This document shows positions 1 through 13,006 of a stretch of 64,000 nt of DNA, one piece after another. The position numbers and the translations under genes are program-made. Origin of the DNA: Eledone cirrhosa (Eukaryota). Under the pieces are notes generated by a model that did not search any database, was not told where the DNA came from, and saw only the letters and a program-made list of their open reading frames with translations. Numbering within the stretch: the stretch's first letter is position 1; each line of letters starts with the position of its first letter. The stretch covers positions 170,872,001-170,936,000 of the forward strand of contig OZ024742.1 of NCBI GenBank assembly GCA_964016885.1. The letters are read 5' to 3'.

Positions 1-1400
1 TGTTTTGCTTGATTAACAAGTCTGATGAGCAGATTGGGGCTAGAGTCAGGGGTTTTGCTTGATTAACAAGTCTGATGAGAAGATTAGGGCTAGAGTCAGG
101 TGTTTTGCTTGATTAACAAGTCTGATGAGCAGATTGGGGCTAGAGTCAGGGGTTTTGCTTGATTAACAAGTCTGATGAGCAGATTGGGGCTAGAGTCAGG
201 GGTTTTGCTTGATTAACAAGTCTGATGAGCAGATTAGGGCTAGAGTCAGGTGTTTTGCTTGATTAACAAGTCTGATGAGCAGATTGTGGCTAGAGTCAGG
301 GGTTTTGCTTGATTAACAAGTCTGATGAGCAGATTAGGGCTAGAGTCAGGTGTTTTGCTTGATTAACAAGTCTGATGAGCAGATTGGGGCTAGAGTCAGG
401 GGTTTTGCTTGATTAACAAGTCTGATGAGCAGATTAGGGCTAGAGTCAGGTGTTTTGCTTGATTAACAAGTCTGATGAGCAGATTGGGGCTAGAGTCAGG
501 GGTTTTGCTTGATTAACAAGTCTGATGAGCAGATTAGGGCTAGAGTCAGGTGTTTTGCTTGATTAACAAGTCTGATGAGCAGATTGGGGCTAGAGTCAGG
601 GGTTTTGCTTGATTAACAAGTCTGATGAGCAGATTAGGGCTAGAGTCAGGTGTTTTGCTTGATTAACAAGTCTGATGAGCAGATTGGGGCTAGAGTCAGG
701 GGTTTTGCTTGATTAACAAGTCTGATGAGCAGATTAGGGCTAGAGTCAGGTGTTTTGCTTGATTAACAAGTCTGATGAGCAGATTGGGGCTAGAGTCAGG
801 GGTTTTGCTTGATTAACAAGTCTGATGAGCAGATTAGGGCTAGAGTCAGGTGTTTTGCTTGATTAACAAGTCTGATGAGCAGATTGGGGCTAGAGTCAGG
901 GGTTTTGCTTGATTAACAAGTCTGATGAGCAGATTAGGGCTAGAGTCAGGGGTTTTGCTTGATTAACAAGTCTGATGAGCAGATTAGGGCGAGAGTCAGG
1001 TGTTTTGCTTGATTAACAAGTCTGATGAGCAGATTAGGGCTAGAGTCAGGTGATTTGCTTGATTAACAAGTCTGATGAGCAGATTAGGTCTAGAGTCAGG
1101 TGTTTTGCTTGATTAACAAGTCTGATGAGCAAATTAGGGCTAGAGTCAGGTGTTTTGCTTGATTAACAAGTCTGATGAGCAGATTAGGGCTAGAGTCAGG
1201 TGTTTTGCTTGATTAACAAGTCTGATGAGCAGATTAGGGCTAGAGTCAGGTGTTTTGCTTGATTAACAAGTCTGATGAGCAGATTAGGGCTAGAGTCAGG
1301 GGTTTTGCTTGATTAACAAGTCTGATGAGCAGATTAGGGCTAGAGTCAGGGGTTTTGCTTGATTAACAAGTCTGATGAGCAGATTGGGGCTAGAGTCAGT
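1..1400 (+). repeat. 50-bp tandem satellite, at least 28 copies (runs off the window start)
   Basis: Unit (t/g)gttttgcttgattaacaagtctgatgagcagatt(g/a)gggctagagtcagg repeats exactly every 50 nt. Two variants alternate (100-bp period) over about 201-950. Confidence 0.99.
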
Positions 1401-1472
1401 TCTATAGCATTAATAAGGATCCTGAGCCACCCATCTGTGAAACATTCGTAACTGAGCCTAATCAATAAAAAC
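1352..1472 (+). ncRNA. Type I hammerhead ribozyme completing the last satellite unit
   Basis: Core CTGATGA 1372-1378. Stem II gcagat..ggct (1379-1391) / agcc..atctgt (1425-1438). GAAAC 1439-1443, attc loop, GTA 1448-1450. Stem I agt/act, extended by ttgatta/taatcaa and gtttt/aaaac. Confidence 0.8.
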
Positions 1473-1638
1473 TTCAACGTAAAACCTCGTTTTTTTTCTG
1501 AAGACACACACACGCACACACACTCACATACATATATATATAAAGAGAGAGAAAGGGAGAGAGGTAAACACACACACACACACACACACGCACGCAACAC
1601 ACTCACATACATATATATATATAGAGAGAGAGAGGTAA

Positions 1639-1669
<31 letters not shown>

Positions 1670-1829
1670 TATATATATATATAGAGAGAGAGAGGTAAAC
1701 ACACACACATACATGCAACTCCCACATACATACATACATATATAAAGAGAGAGATGGGGAGAGAGGTAAATACACACACATACACACACACATATATATA
1801 TATAGAGAGAGGTAAACACACACACACAT

Positions 1830-1870
<41 letters not shown>

Positions 1871-1876
1871 TGCAAA

Positions 1877-1920
<44 letters not shown>

Positions 1921-1987
1921 TGCAACTCGCACATACACATATACAATACAGGCATATAGTCAGCTTCATTAATTATAGTAGAAATTT

Positions 1988-2378
1988 TGGGGCGGTAGAT
2001 TGGCAGTATCAGTAGAGGGTCGGACGCCATGCTTTCCAGCATAGTTACGTCCCTTTACGATCTAAGTTCAAATCCCGCTGAGGTTGACTTTGCCTTTCAT
2101 CCTTACGGGGTCGATAAAATAAAGTACCAGTAATAAACTGAGGTAATAGCTGGCCTTGTGCCAAAAAGTAGAAACAATTATTATAAGTACCATAATTGGT
2201 GGATTGGCAGTATCGGTATAGGGTCGGACGCCATGCTTTGACGCCCTTGCCATTCTGAGTCAAATCCCGCCGAGGTTAACGTTGCCTTTAATCCTTACGG
2301 GGTCGATAAAATAAAGTACCAGTAATACACTGAGGTAATAGCCGGCCTTGTGCCAAAAGTAGAAACAATTATTATAAG
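1988..2378 (+). mobile_element. Two tandem tRNA-derived SINE copies
   Basis: A-box-like tggcagtatc(a/g)gta, B-box-like agttcaaatccc, conserved central gcctttcatccttacggggtcgataaaataaagtaccag (resembles the Meta-type SINE domain; inference), tail ggccttgtgccaaaagtagaaacaattatta. Confidence 0.85.
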
Positions 2379-2679
2379 TGTCGTTGCTTTTGTTATTATT
2401 TTTGCTGGTTTCATTATTGTTATTGTTGTTGTAGTTTTATATTAATTTATGATAGTCTTATAGCTGCGTTGTTGTTTTCATATTGTGTTATTGTTGTTGT
2501 TGTTGCTGTTAGTATTGTTTGTATAGTTTTGTTTATTGTTGTTGCTTTTTTGCTGTTGCTGCTGTGGCTGCTGATGTCATTATTTTTGTCGTTGTTGCTT
2601 GATATATTGTTTGATCTCATATTGTTGTTATTGTCGTTGTTGTTGTAGTCATTATTAACACTTATTTTGGGATAGGAGC

Positions 2680-3040
2680 GGGTTTACTGCAACAGAATCG
2701 GTGAAATGCCAGACTAAGTCTCGATTGAAAGTGAGAAAGGTCTCCGTTGGTTTCGAATAGAGGAACAACCTATTAGAGAAATTAAGTGATTGAGCATTTC
2801 ACAGACACGTGTCTCCTTAACGTTGTTCTTAGAGAGATTCAGCATGCTTTATTATGTAACAAATCTGGCCTTTTGAAATACAGGTCGAACCCACCCAAAT
2901 AGTTTCCAAACAGTTTTCGTGTCCCAAATTTCACTCGCATGATTTGGCGTGACCCGAAGCTATTGTAACTGACAGGCAGTGGAACTGAACCCGAGAGTCT
3001 AAGATTACCAAACGAATTCCTTAATCATTCAGCCATGCTG
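2680..3040 (-). mobile_element. Decayed SINE of a second family
   Basis: Shares blocks with 17840-18430 and 37930-38230 (cttaac.t..ttct..g.gagattca). Reverse-strand tRNA-like head near 2980-3040. Confidence 0.5.
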
Positions 3041-3089
3041 GGTTCACAAATATTACAAATCTTGTCTAGTTTTTTTGCTCACCCCAAAC

Positions 3090-3630
3090 AATCAATAAAG
3101 CCACGAAAATGCAAGGAGTTACTAAGAAAGAAGGACAAGATAGAGGAAGAACATAATTCTCCCAAAAGGTAATGAAGCTACTAAAATGATAGGGGTTACT
3201 CAGAAATGGACAAGACAGAGAGAACACAATCCCAAGCAAGACAATAAAGCCACTCAAATGCAAGGGATTACTAAGAAGGGAGAATGACAAGATAGAGAGA
3301 GAAGAATCCCAAACAAAATGCAAAGCGTTATTGGAAAAAGAAAAGGGACAAGACAGAGTGAACATATTGAAAGAGGGAGATGTTAATTGATGTTGCTTTT
3401 GAATATTTGTAAATAGTAGTGACCAGGAAAGCAAGAGCCGGAAGAGAATTCCATAGTCGAGATGTGCAAGGGAAGAAACTATCACAATACAAATCTAAAT
3501 GGAAGAGACGTAGCCGCCAATCTGGTGCTCCGTTTAAATTCGATAAGACAGAACAACAAAGAAGAAAGTATTCACTTGTGTATTCAAATTCTATCAAGAT
3601 TGATTTTGTATTTCCTCTGAGCATTTAGTC
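3090..3630 (-). mobile_element. LINE 3' end fragment (CR1/Jockey-group-like) with about four degenerate ~75-bp repeats downstream
   Basis: Minus-strand translation DSFFPCTSRLWNSLP matches the SFF.R....WN.LP C-terminal motif. Repeats caataaagcca..aaatgcaagg..ttactaagaa..gacaaga.agag start near 3093, 3170, 3242 and 3315. Confidence 0.55.
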
Positions 3631-4188
3631 AGAATAACATTGCGAATTAATTTATTTCGAAGTATAAGGGTCATTGATTGGTAGAATTAATATTTGTTCT
3701 GGATCTTTACATTCTGAGTTTAAACCCCACTAAGGTCAACATTGCTTTTCATACTTCCGAGATCGATAAAATATAGTACCAACCAAGTACTGGGGTTGAA
3801 TTAATCAACTTTGTCCTTAATCCTAAATTTGATAGCTCTATGCATAAATTAGAAATTAATATAACCCCCAAGTAGGGCTATTATAAACAGGGAACATCAC
3901 CATGAAATGTTTCCACTTGTGTTAAGCATTTGAAATATTTTCAGAGTGATCAAGTTGCCAAGCGATGATTTTAATCACACAGTCATACCAGCGTCAATAA
4001 TTTAAACAATGAATTTTGTCTAATAGAGGCAGAATGAACAACAAGAGGTTGAGAACCAGATGTATACAGTAATGGGTCAAAGATGATCTCATCACCTTCA
4101 GGTACCATATACTGAGGTATCCAAGGTGAAACTTATAAGTATCGGCCATCTTTTATGATATAACACACACACGCACGCACACACACAG

Positions 4189-4246
<58 letters not shown>

Positions 4247-5990
4247 TAAGGATACTATTTATGGTTATGTATATACTAAAACCTTTTATAGTTATATATA
4301 TTTTAAACCCTAAATAGTGAAAGACAGTAATTTATTACTATCTTATTACCAGTAAGATAAATAGCTCAATGTAACAACATCAGTTGTTTTACAGAGCAGT
4401 TATATAGAAATTACATGAATCAAAGTTCTGTTTAAATCATTTATTTGCTTACAATTGTTTCTTCCAAACCGAGGTTTGGTGTCTCCGGAGCAATTATTCA
4501 TTGATTTTTTACATACTTGACCTCCTTTCCAACACAAGAGACATATAGAAACATATGTATATATTGACCCACAGTGGGTTGACATCCATTATAATAATAT
4601 AGCATGGCAATTTACATACAAAGATTACAGTCTTATTAAAGGACAAAATTAAAGTTAAAATTAAAATAAAAATAAAAATAAAACATTGGCAGTATACGAA
4701 GATAAAGCAAGGGGATAGTTTGGAGTAGCCAGTGTATGCAACAGTCACACGTGAGGCATGCACGCGTGTCTTAATTATACAAGATTACAGTGCGGCAGAT
4801 TGTTGCATGTAATATAAGCAGTCAAAGCAGGCAATCAGAGCATCATAGGGGCTGTACTGGTAAAGCATTTTTCACACACACCTGTACGATATAGAAGCCC
4901 GTGTGTAGAGAAACACCAAAAATATCAAAAATATTACAAATGAGAAGCAGAACAACACCACTGTCCTCGCACACACCACCACTCTCACAATCCAGGAAAC
5001 GCAATTTATAGACTACATGTCCATCACACAATCCACGATGATTCAACATTGGGTGCCTGGTGAACCATGCTAGAACATCACAGCTTGTCGTTCTCTTATT
5101 CAATTCTATAGAGCAGGTTGTTTTTGTTGTGAGAGTTGACATCGTATTATATTCCGGAAGTGTGTGTGATTAAGGGGAGTTAATGCATAAGGGGAGGTAA
5201 CTAGCTGATTTCTATAGCTAAATTTATTATCCTAAAGTACATTAATGGTGTCTCAAATGAGTCCCTATCATATAAGGTTATAAACAATTTCTAAATTTAA
5301 GTATCTTATCTATAAATTACAGTGTAGTCTATCAAGAAGTGCTAAGGTGTTCATATTAGGATGATTACCTTCTATCATAGAGTGCCACAACCGAATATTC
5401 TACATGAAGAGTCAGATCTCCAAATCAATGATCTTTGTAAGTGTAGTCCACCCGCGGAACCTGGCAGGGTTTTATTAGAATCACTTCTATATATGACTCC
5501 TGGTAAGCTCTGGGTCATTGCATGTCTGATTGCATGGCAAAGTTAAATATCACTAGGGTAGTCCAGAGATCAATTCTCACTTACAATGACACTAATCTGA
5601 CCATCAAGTCATACATGTATGTATAACTCATACATCACCTGTACATAATTCATTGCACTCAGCATATAGGTTATATAGCTCTTTTATGTTAATAAATTAA
5701 TTACTTAATCTTCTATTTATCCAATGATGGCACTCCATACACAGGACAATATTAGCACAACCAATTCCATGCTTAAAGTTTACATTAATTATATATTGGT
5801 GTAATGTAGTCTAAGTAATTGAAGGCCAATATACCAAAAGTAGAAGTACATGGGGATATCTCTAGGGTAAAAGATACTAGGAGGATGTCACTATTTGCGT
5901 TAAAGTGGATTAATGGGTGTGGAAATGAGGTATAAGGTGTGCCCCTGATGTTTGTTGCTAGAGGTGGTGACGGGTTCAAGTCTGACATTG

Positions 5991-6375
5991 TTATATATTG
6001 GGTTTAAAGTTTTGGAAGAAGTGTCGGAAGCGGTGTTGGCAAGACGCGAACACTTCTGATTTTTTATTAAGGAGGTTATGGTTTGAGAAGATGATAGTAT
6101 GGGTCTCTAGTAGACAGAGGTTACAAAAATGATTAGGTGGTTTGTACGATGTCGCGTTACCTATCACTTCCCATTTAAGTGTATATGGTTTAATTTTAGT
6201 TTTTAGATAGTGTATGTAGCTAGATAGTGAAGTGGAGTTGGCTAGACTGTGTTTTTTGAAAGAGTGGAGGTGCGAATTGTATCTGGTTTTGAAGCAGTTA
6301 GAAGTAGAGCCTATATAGGTTTCAGAAGAGTTGCTAGTTGTGACTGTGCATGAGTATATGATATCCTTGATTAAG
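5991..6375 (-). pseudogene. Penelope-like element GIY-YIG endonuclease, 5'-truncated
   Basis: IIYSCTV...YIGSTSNCFKTRYNSH...CNLCLLE...LLNKKSE...CQH: GIY-YIG triplets, catalytic R/E/N residues and a C-terminal CxxC..CxH. Confidence 0.85.
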
Positions 6376-6379
6376 CACA

Positions 6380-6790
6380 ATAACAACAAACACATATAAA
6401 ACCAAAACACAGTCACCCAAACGCGAACACACACCAAACACTATACACACACGCAAACGCATGCGCAGAGAAGAAGACAAAAATAAATAAATAAATAAAT
6501 AAACAGATTAAATAAAGATGGCGTAGACATACAATACAACAGGAGGAACATAATAGCACCACTGACGATGTTGCAGATGTGCAACGAAAGAACTTTATTA
6601 GACTATATATTGGTGTTTGTGTCTATATTATATCTATATTTTTGACCGTTGGTCACTCAATGGTAAACATTGAGGACCAAATGAATTAACTGATATAAAA
6701 GATACACAAGCGAAAACCAACCAAACAGTAAGTGTGTTCTGTTATTAATTCTGGCAATATTATTATAACAATATCACCCTCCCCAAGTAT

Positions 6791-6800
<10 letters not shown>
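6380..6800 (+). mobile_element. PLE 3' tail (pLTR-like) with hammerhead at 6551-6600, related to the tail of the 41832 element
   Basis: Same order as the reverse complement of 41588-41830: CA-rich tract, gcatgcgcaga, aa(g/a)atggcgtag, then CTGACGA-t gttgca/tgcaac-GAAA-gaa-CTT. Stem I is weak. Ends in (TA)n. Confidence 0.7.
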
Positions 6801-6832
<32 letters not shown>

Positions 6833-7329
6833 TATGTCTGAATATATGACGTATATATACACACACATATACATGTATATATAACCAACATATATATTTA
6901 AACAGGCTCTCTATTTGATGATTGATAAACACAGAGTATACTGTTCTAGCAAGTTCTCACAAATAGACATTAAGATATTTTCAAAAATACTCAAATATGT
7001 TTACGTCAGTATATTTTTTGTTGGTGTGAATGCATGGAGAACTTTTTGGGTGGAAAAGTTACCAAAAATAGAACAAAAAAAAAAAATATTTAGACTCCAA
7101 TTGTCTTTCTTGTCATACAGTGAAATATTTATGTTCTTATCTGTTGATCTTCACAAGTATTTCCTGTTTCTATCTATATTACTATCTATATGAATACTGA
7201 AGCACTATAATAACTATTGGTTTATGTATGCATTTGATTGGATAGAAATTCACACAAACACATACACATACACGTACAAAAACATTCACAGAATGTAATA
7301 TATATATTTGTTCTAGTGTATAGAAGAAA

Positions 7330-8230
<901 letters not shown>

Positions 8231-8306
8231 CAACATATCAACATGATATGTTGATTTAAAACTGCACTATCCACAAGTGTTTTTTAACCTTCATATCATG
8301 TCTTCC

Positions 8307-8377
8307 TATTTTATCTGATGAAAACACAAATGTTATTGCATGATGATATTTGTTTTTGAAATGCGCATAATAAAATA
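8307..8377 (+). ncRNA. Type I hammerhead ribozyme
   Basis: Stem I tattttat/ataaaata; CTGATGA 8315-8321; stem II aaa..acaaat/atttgt.ttt; GAAA 8358-8361; palindromic stem III atgcgcat; AUA cleavage triplet. Confidence 0.85.
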
Positions 8378-8503
8378 CATGGAACTCTTTTAACCATCTT
8401 TTGATCTTATATATTATGTATACTCCAGTCCTACAAACTGTAGAGTGCTTCTTATCCGATATCTGCATAGCTTTATTGTACTACAATAAAACTCACCTCC
8501 TAC

Positions 8504-8574
<71 letters not shown>

Positions 8575-9084
8575 TGTGTGTCTATATATATATGTGTGTA
8601 TATGTATGCATGTATGTGTGAGTGCATATATATGCGCGTGTGTATGTGTATGTATGGGTATGTGTTTATGCACAAATACATACAAACACACGCACACATA
8701 CACACACACACATATATATATATATATACATATAAACACCCACACAAGCTGGAAGTATGGAAATTATAAATGTAAACACCCATTTATTAATCTCATCTAT
8801 CATCGTGAGAGTGTTTCTACGAAAGTTATATAACTTCTATTATTTCGTCACATTTTGCTTTCAACATTCCATCTCAATAAGAAGTCTTTTGTACTCTCTT
8901 TGTGATATCTACTTTAGATAAGTTATTGTTTCAAAAATATTTCCACTTTCTTATATAATACAGCTTATGTTGTAATTGTCAGAGTTGTTTAGGCGTTGGA
9001 TTAAATTCCTCAGTATTTGTTACAGCGCGTTCAAATCCCTTTAAGGTCAACTTTGCCTTTCAGCCTTTCCAGGCAATAATAATT

Positions 9085-9968
9085 ATTTCTAATTTTGGCA
9101 CAAGGCCAGCAATTATCCCAGTGCATTACTGGTACTTTATTTTATCGATCTCGTAAGGATGAAAGGCAAAATTAAACTCGGCGGGATTCGAACTCAGAAC
9201 GTAAAAGGCCATAACTCTAAGCTGCAAAGCATGGCGTCTGACGCTCTACCGATACTGCCAATCTACTGCCAATAATAATAATGTTTCTACTTTTGGCACA
9301 AGGCCAACAATTAACCGAATGCATTACTGGTACTTTATTTTATCGATCACGTAAGGATGAAAGCTTACTTCACCTCGGTGGGGTTTGAACTTAGATCGGA
9401 AAGGGGCGCAACTCTATGCTGCAAAGCATGGCGTTCGACCCTCCACTGATATTGCCAAATCATAATATTGTTAATAATGAAGCCGAAAAAAAGACAGTAG
9501 AAAAAAGCCCCCCCCCAAAAAAAAGGGGAAAAATAGACCATTAACGACAAGAATAAGAGAAATAATAGAAACAAGAACAACAATGATGACGACATATAAT
9601 TTGTTCTACTTTTGGCACAAGGCCACCAAATACCCAGTGCATTACTGGTACTTTATTTTATCGACCCGGTAAGGATGAAAGGCAAAGTTAACCTCGGCAG
9701 GATTTGAACTCAGAATGGCAAGGGCCGTAACTCTATACGTCAAAGCATGGCGTCCGACCCTCTACCGATACTGCCAGACATATAATTGTTTCTACTTTTG
9801 TCACAAGGCCAGCAAATACTCAGTGTATTACTGGTACTTTATTTTATCGACCCCGTAAGGATGAAAGGCAAAGTTAACCTCGGCAGGATTTGAACTCAGA
9901 ATGGCAAGGGCCGTAACTCCATGCGTCAAAGCATGGCGTCCGACCCTCTACCGATACTGCCAATCCAC
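9085..9968 (-). mobile_element. Cluster of four tRNA-derived SINE copies (two tandem pairs)
   Basis: Reverse complements of the 1988 SINE at about 9085-9270, 9280-9460, 9597-9778 and 9782-9968. Confidence 0.85.
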
Positions 9969-11199
9969 AAGACCACAAACAACGAAACATGTACCAGTCA
10001 AGTAGTGGGGTCAATCTTTCCTCCATCTCGCTTTATCACTTCCTCTCGCCTTCCCTGGAAGAGATCGGCTGTGTTCTGACCTGGAGAGAGATGGGCTTTG
10101 CCAGGTTTAAATTGGTCAAGGCACGCCATGTGGTGCCCTTATGAATCCACCAGCAGTTAAGGGACTTTTCCTTTTTTTTCTTATTTAATACAGCTTATAT
10201 TGGATTGATAGAGTCATTAGGGCATCAGATTAAATACGGCGATATTTGTATCGGCCATCTATGTTGAGGTCAACTCTACCCTTCATTAATTTAAGGGTCG
10301 ATAAATAAAGTGCATGTCTAGATGCAGCAGATTGGGAAACAGTTAGAGAGTAAAAAATGATGGATTGTGGCATCACATATCTCTTCTCTGTGCCATTGGT
10401 TTCCACAGGCAGATAGTATCAACAAAACTCTCTTCCATTGCCATCGATAGATAGTATCAACAATGGAAAAAACCAACAGAAATATTGTTTCCCGGGTCTG
10501 AACTGATGATCGGTTCTTTTCCTTTTCCTTTCCCTCTATTTTTTAATGTTCAATGAAATATCGATTTCTATTAAACTCATACAATATGTATTTGATTGAA
10601 TTCACATATTTGCAGAGTAAGAGGTATAATTAATTAAATGCATCTTCGTATATTACTGTTACAGCTTATTTAATGTCTGAATTTGAATTCAGAACGTAAA
10701 TAGCCAAAGCAAATATCACAAGGCATCAACTCTGGCGCTGTAATAGCTCTGCCGCTACTGCACCACCATCGACTTTCAAAAAAAAAAAAAAAAAAAAAAA
10801 ATCAAAATTTTAGGAGCTTATCTCAATCCCGTTGGCTTATTAGATCGCCGCTTGTCCCGGTTTCATTGGCGTTAAGCGACTGAGAGAACAACATTCTCCC
10901 ATAGAAAGGACGCCAATTCATTGCAGTGTTAACCTCCCCACCCAGCTACAGCTGGTACTCATTTTCAGCTGAGTATAGTAGATCAATGTTAAATGATGTG
11001 TTTTGTTCAAGAATAAAACGCACAACCCAGTCCAAAACATGAACTCACGACAACCTAAGCATTAGGCCACACGCCTTCACTTGTACAGGTATTTTATTTC
11101 ATTGGCTCCGTATAAACGATGATCATCACTTTGGCTGGATATGAACTAAAATCACTGAGAAGAGGAACAAATACTGTCCTTCGCTCTAGCTTCTCTGCC

Positions 11200-11460
11200 A
11201 ACTTCGCTGTAATATCTCAATCAATTCCTAGGCTCTAACGTCTCTATCAACTGTGCTCTGACATCTCTCAATTTCTACGCTTTAACAACTGAATGTCTAC
11301 GTTGTAGCAATTCCTACGCTCTAACAATTCGATCAATTCCCACGCTCTTCCGAGTCTATCAATTTATACGCTCTAACGTTCCCAATTCCTACCATCAAAC
11401 GACTCTATCAATTTCTATGCTCTATCGTCTCTGAATTTCTACGCTGTAATAAGCTCTATC
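11200..11460 (-). repeat. Degenerate ~27-bp minisatellite resembling the SINE head
   Basis: Repeated aatt(c/t)ctacgctctaac(g)..tctatc. The reverse complement gatagagtcgttagagcgtag matches SINE 5' ends at about 10205 and 36560. Confidence 0.6.
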
Positions 11461-11695
11461 TATTTAATAATAGTCAAATGCCAAATAATACTGAAGAAGT
11501 AATAGTAGAAATTTTACCTCGGTGAAACTTAATGTTACCGAGACATATATTGTTTACAATATTCTGTTTTCCGATTTGCGATTAAAACAGAGAGGGAAGT
11601 AATTGGTGAAATAAAAAATTTATGAAAATTTAATATAATTTATAGTAGGATTAATCCAGGGGAGTCAAAATATCGAAATATAGTTAATGATAAAG

Positions 11696-11754
<59 letters not shown>

Positions 11755-11755
<1 letters not shown>

Positions 11756-12342
11756 TAGCAGTGGTATCTGGCGTTGCACGGGATAAGGTATTTTGGAACG
11801 CGGGCCGCCAACAGACCTAATCGTGGAAAACTGCATGCCTGGACAATATGTTAAGAAAATAAACCGAATACTCTGATAATCTTTAAGATTTTCCTGGATG
11901 AAGCAGGAAAAATTCAAGTTTTCACCCAATGCGGGCCCTAGAGGATCAAGAAAATGAACTTTTTTATGTGCATAATATGCCTTGAAATTTCGGGAAAATC
12001 GGCTAGACGTAACGCCTCAAAAAAATCCCTAAAGAAGCTGAAAAAATGAAGTTTTTCACCTAATGCGGGCCCTAGGCCATACAAAAGTTGGATTTTCTTT
12101 GCTCACTGTATGAAGAAGAGACTGACTAATACATAGTTACAATTTTAAAGAAATCGGTCTGACGTAACGCCTAAAAAAACCCATAAAAAGGTGAAAAAAA
12201 CGCAGTTTTTCACCTAATGCGGGCCCTAGGGAATAAAAAAAGTTGAATTTTTTATGTGCATAACACTCCCTGAAACAAGTAATACACATGTAAAGTTTGA
12301 AAAAAGTCGGTTGGGTACTTCTCGAGTGTTAGGAATAAAACT

Positions 12343-12436
<94 letters not shown>

Positions 12437-12464
12437 CAGACATCCTCAGTTTTATATATAGAGA
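11755..12464 (-). mobile_element. Non-autonomous Helitron
   Basis: Minus-strand 5' TC (tctctatatataaaactgagg) at 12464; 3' imperfect hairpin then CTAG at 11755-11758, between A and T in (TA)n. Three internal repeats ttttcacc.aatgcgggccctag and a (CA)n tract near the 5' end. Confidence 0.75.
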
Positions 12465-12520
12465 TATATATAATATTATTCAAAATATTAATAAATGAAA
12501 AATATTCTCATAACCAAAAT

Positions 12521-12589
12521 ATATATTTTATTATATATATTTCAAAGGTACAATGGTGTTTAAGTACGTTTTCATCAGATAAAATATAT
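12521..12589 (-). ncRNA. Type I hammerhead ribozyme
   Basis: Minus strand: atatattttat-CTGATGA-aaa c gtac..gtac c ttt-GAAA-tatat-ATA-ataaaatatat, with an 11-bp stem I. Confidence 0.85.
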
Positions 12590-12677
12590 AAAAGGTTGGA
12601 TATGCGATATACCGCCAAGGTTTTGATTATCCAATTCCACTACAGGAATTGAATAATATATATATATATATAAATTA

Positions 12678-12927
12678 TTTCCGTAGAAAAGGTAAAGGAA
12701 AGAAGAGTGCTCTATGTATAGTACAGAGCTATCTAATTATGTAATAAACAACACAATATAATTATTCCATTACCCAGAGGCATCCGAAGTTGTTCATCAG
12801 ATATATTAAATTATATATTAAATTTTTCTTCTGATGAATGACTTCGGTTGCCTCTGTTGGGGTCGCCTGTTTTCGTGAAACCTTGGGTAATGGAATAATT
12901 ATATTGCGTTCTTTATTACATAATTAT
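12678..12927. mobile_element. Inverted-repeat PLE-tail module with hammerhead (12825-12895, +)
   Basis: Arms taattatgtaataaa...ttccattaccca / tgggtaatggaa...ttattacataatta. CTGATGA 12831, GAAAC 12877, GTA 12887. Same family as 16456-16682. Confidence 0.7.
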
Positions 12928-13006
12928 TAGACCCGACTCCATTAATGATCTGCTCTTCAGACTGGCGATGCGATAAAAATGATAAATTTATATATATATA
13001 TTTATA

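Noticed and set aside
1-1400. CRISPR array or telomeric/subtelomeric repeat (TTAGGG in the unit)
   Set aside because: No unique spacers and the context is eukaryotic. TTAGGG occurs at most once per unit, alternates with TTGGGG and lies in hammerhead stem II.
4081-4150. Hammerhead remnant (GAAAC-ttataa-GTA with a hairpin upstream)
   Set aside because: No recognisable CUGANGA core; at most a decayed copy.
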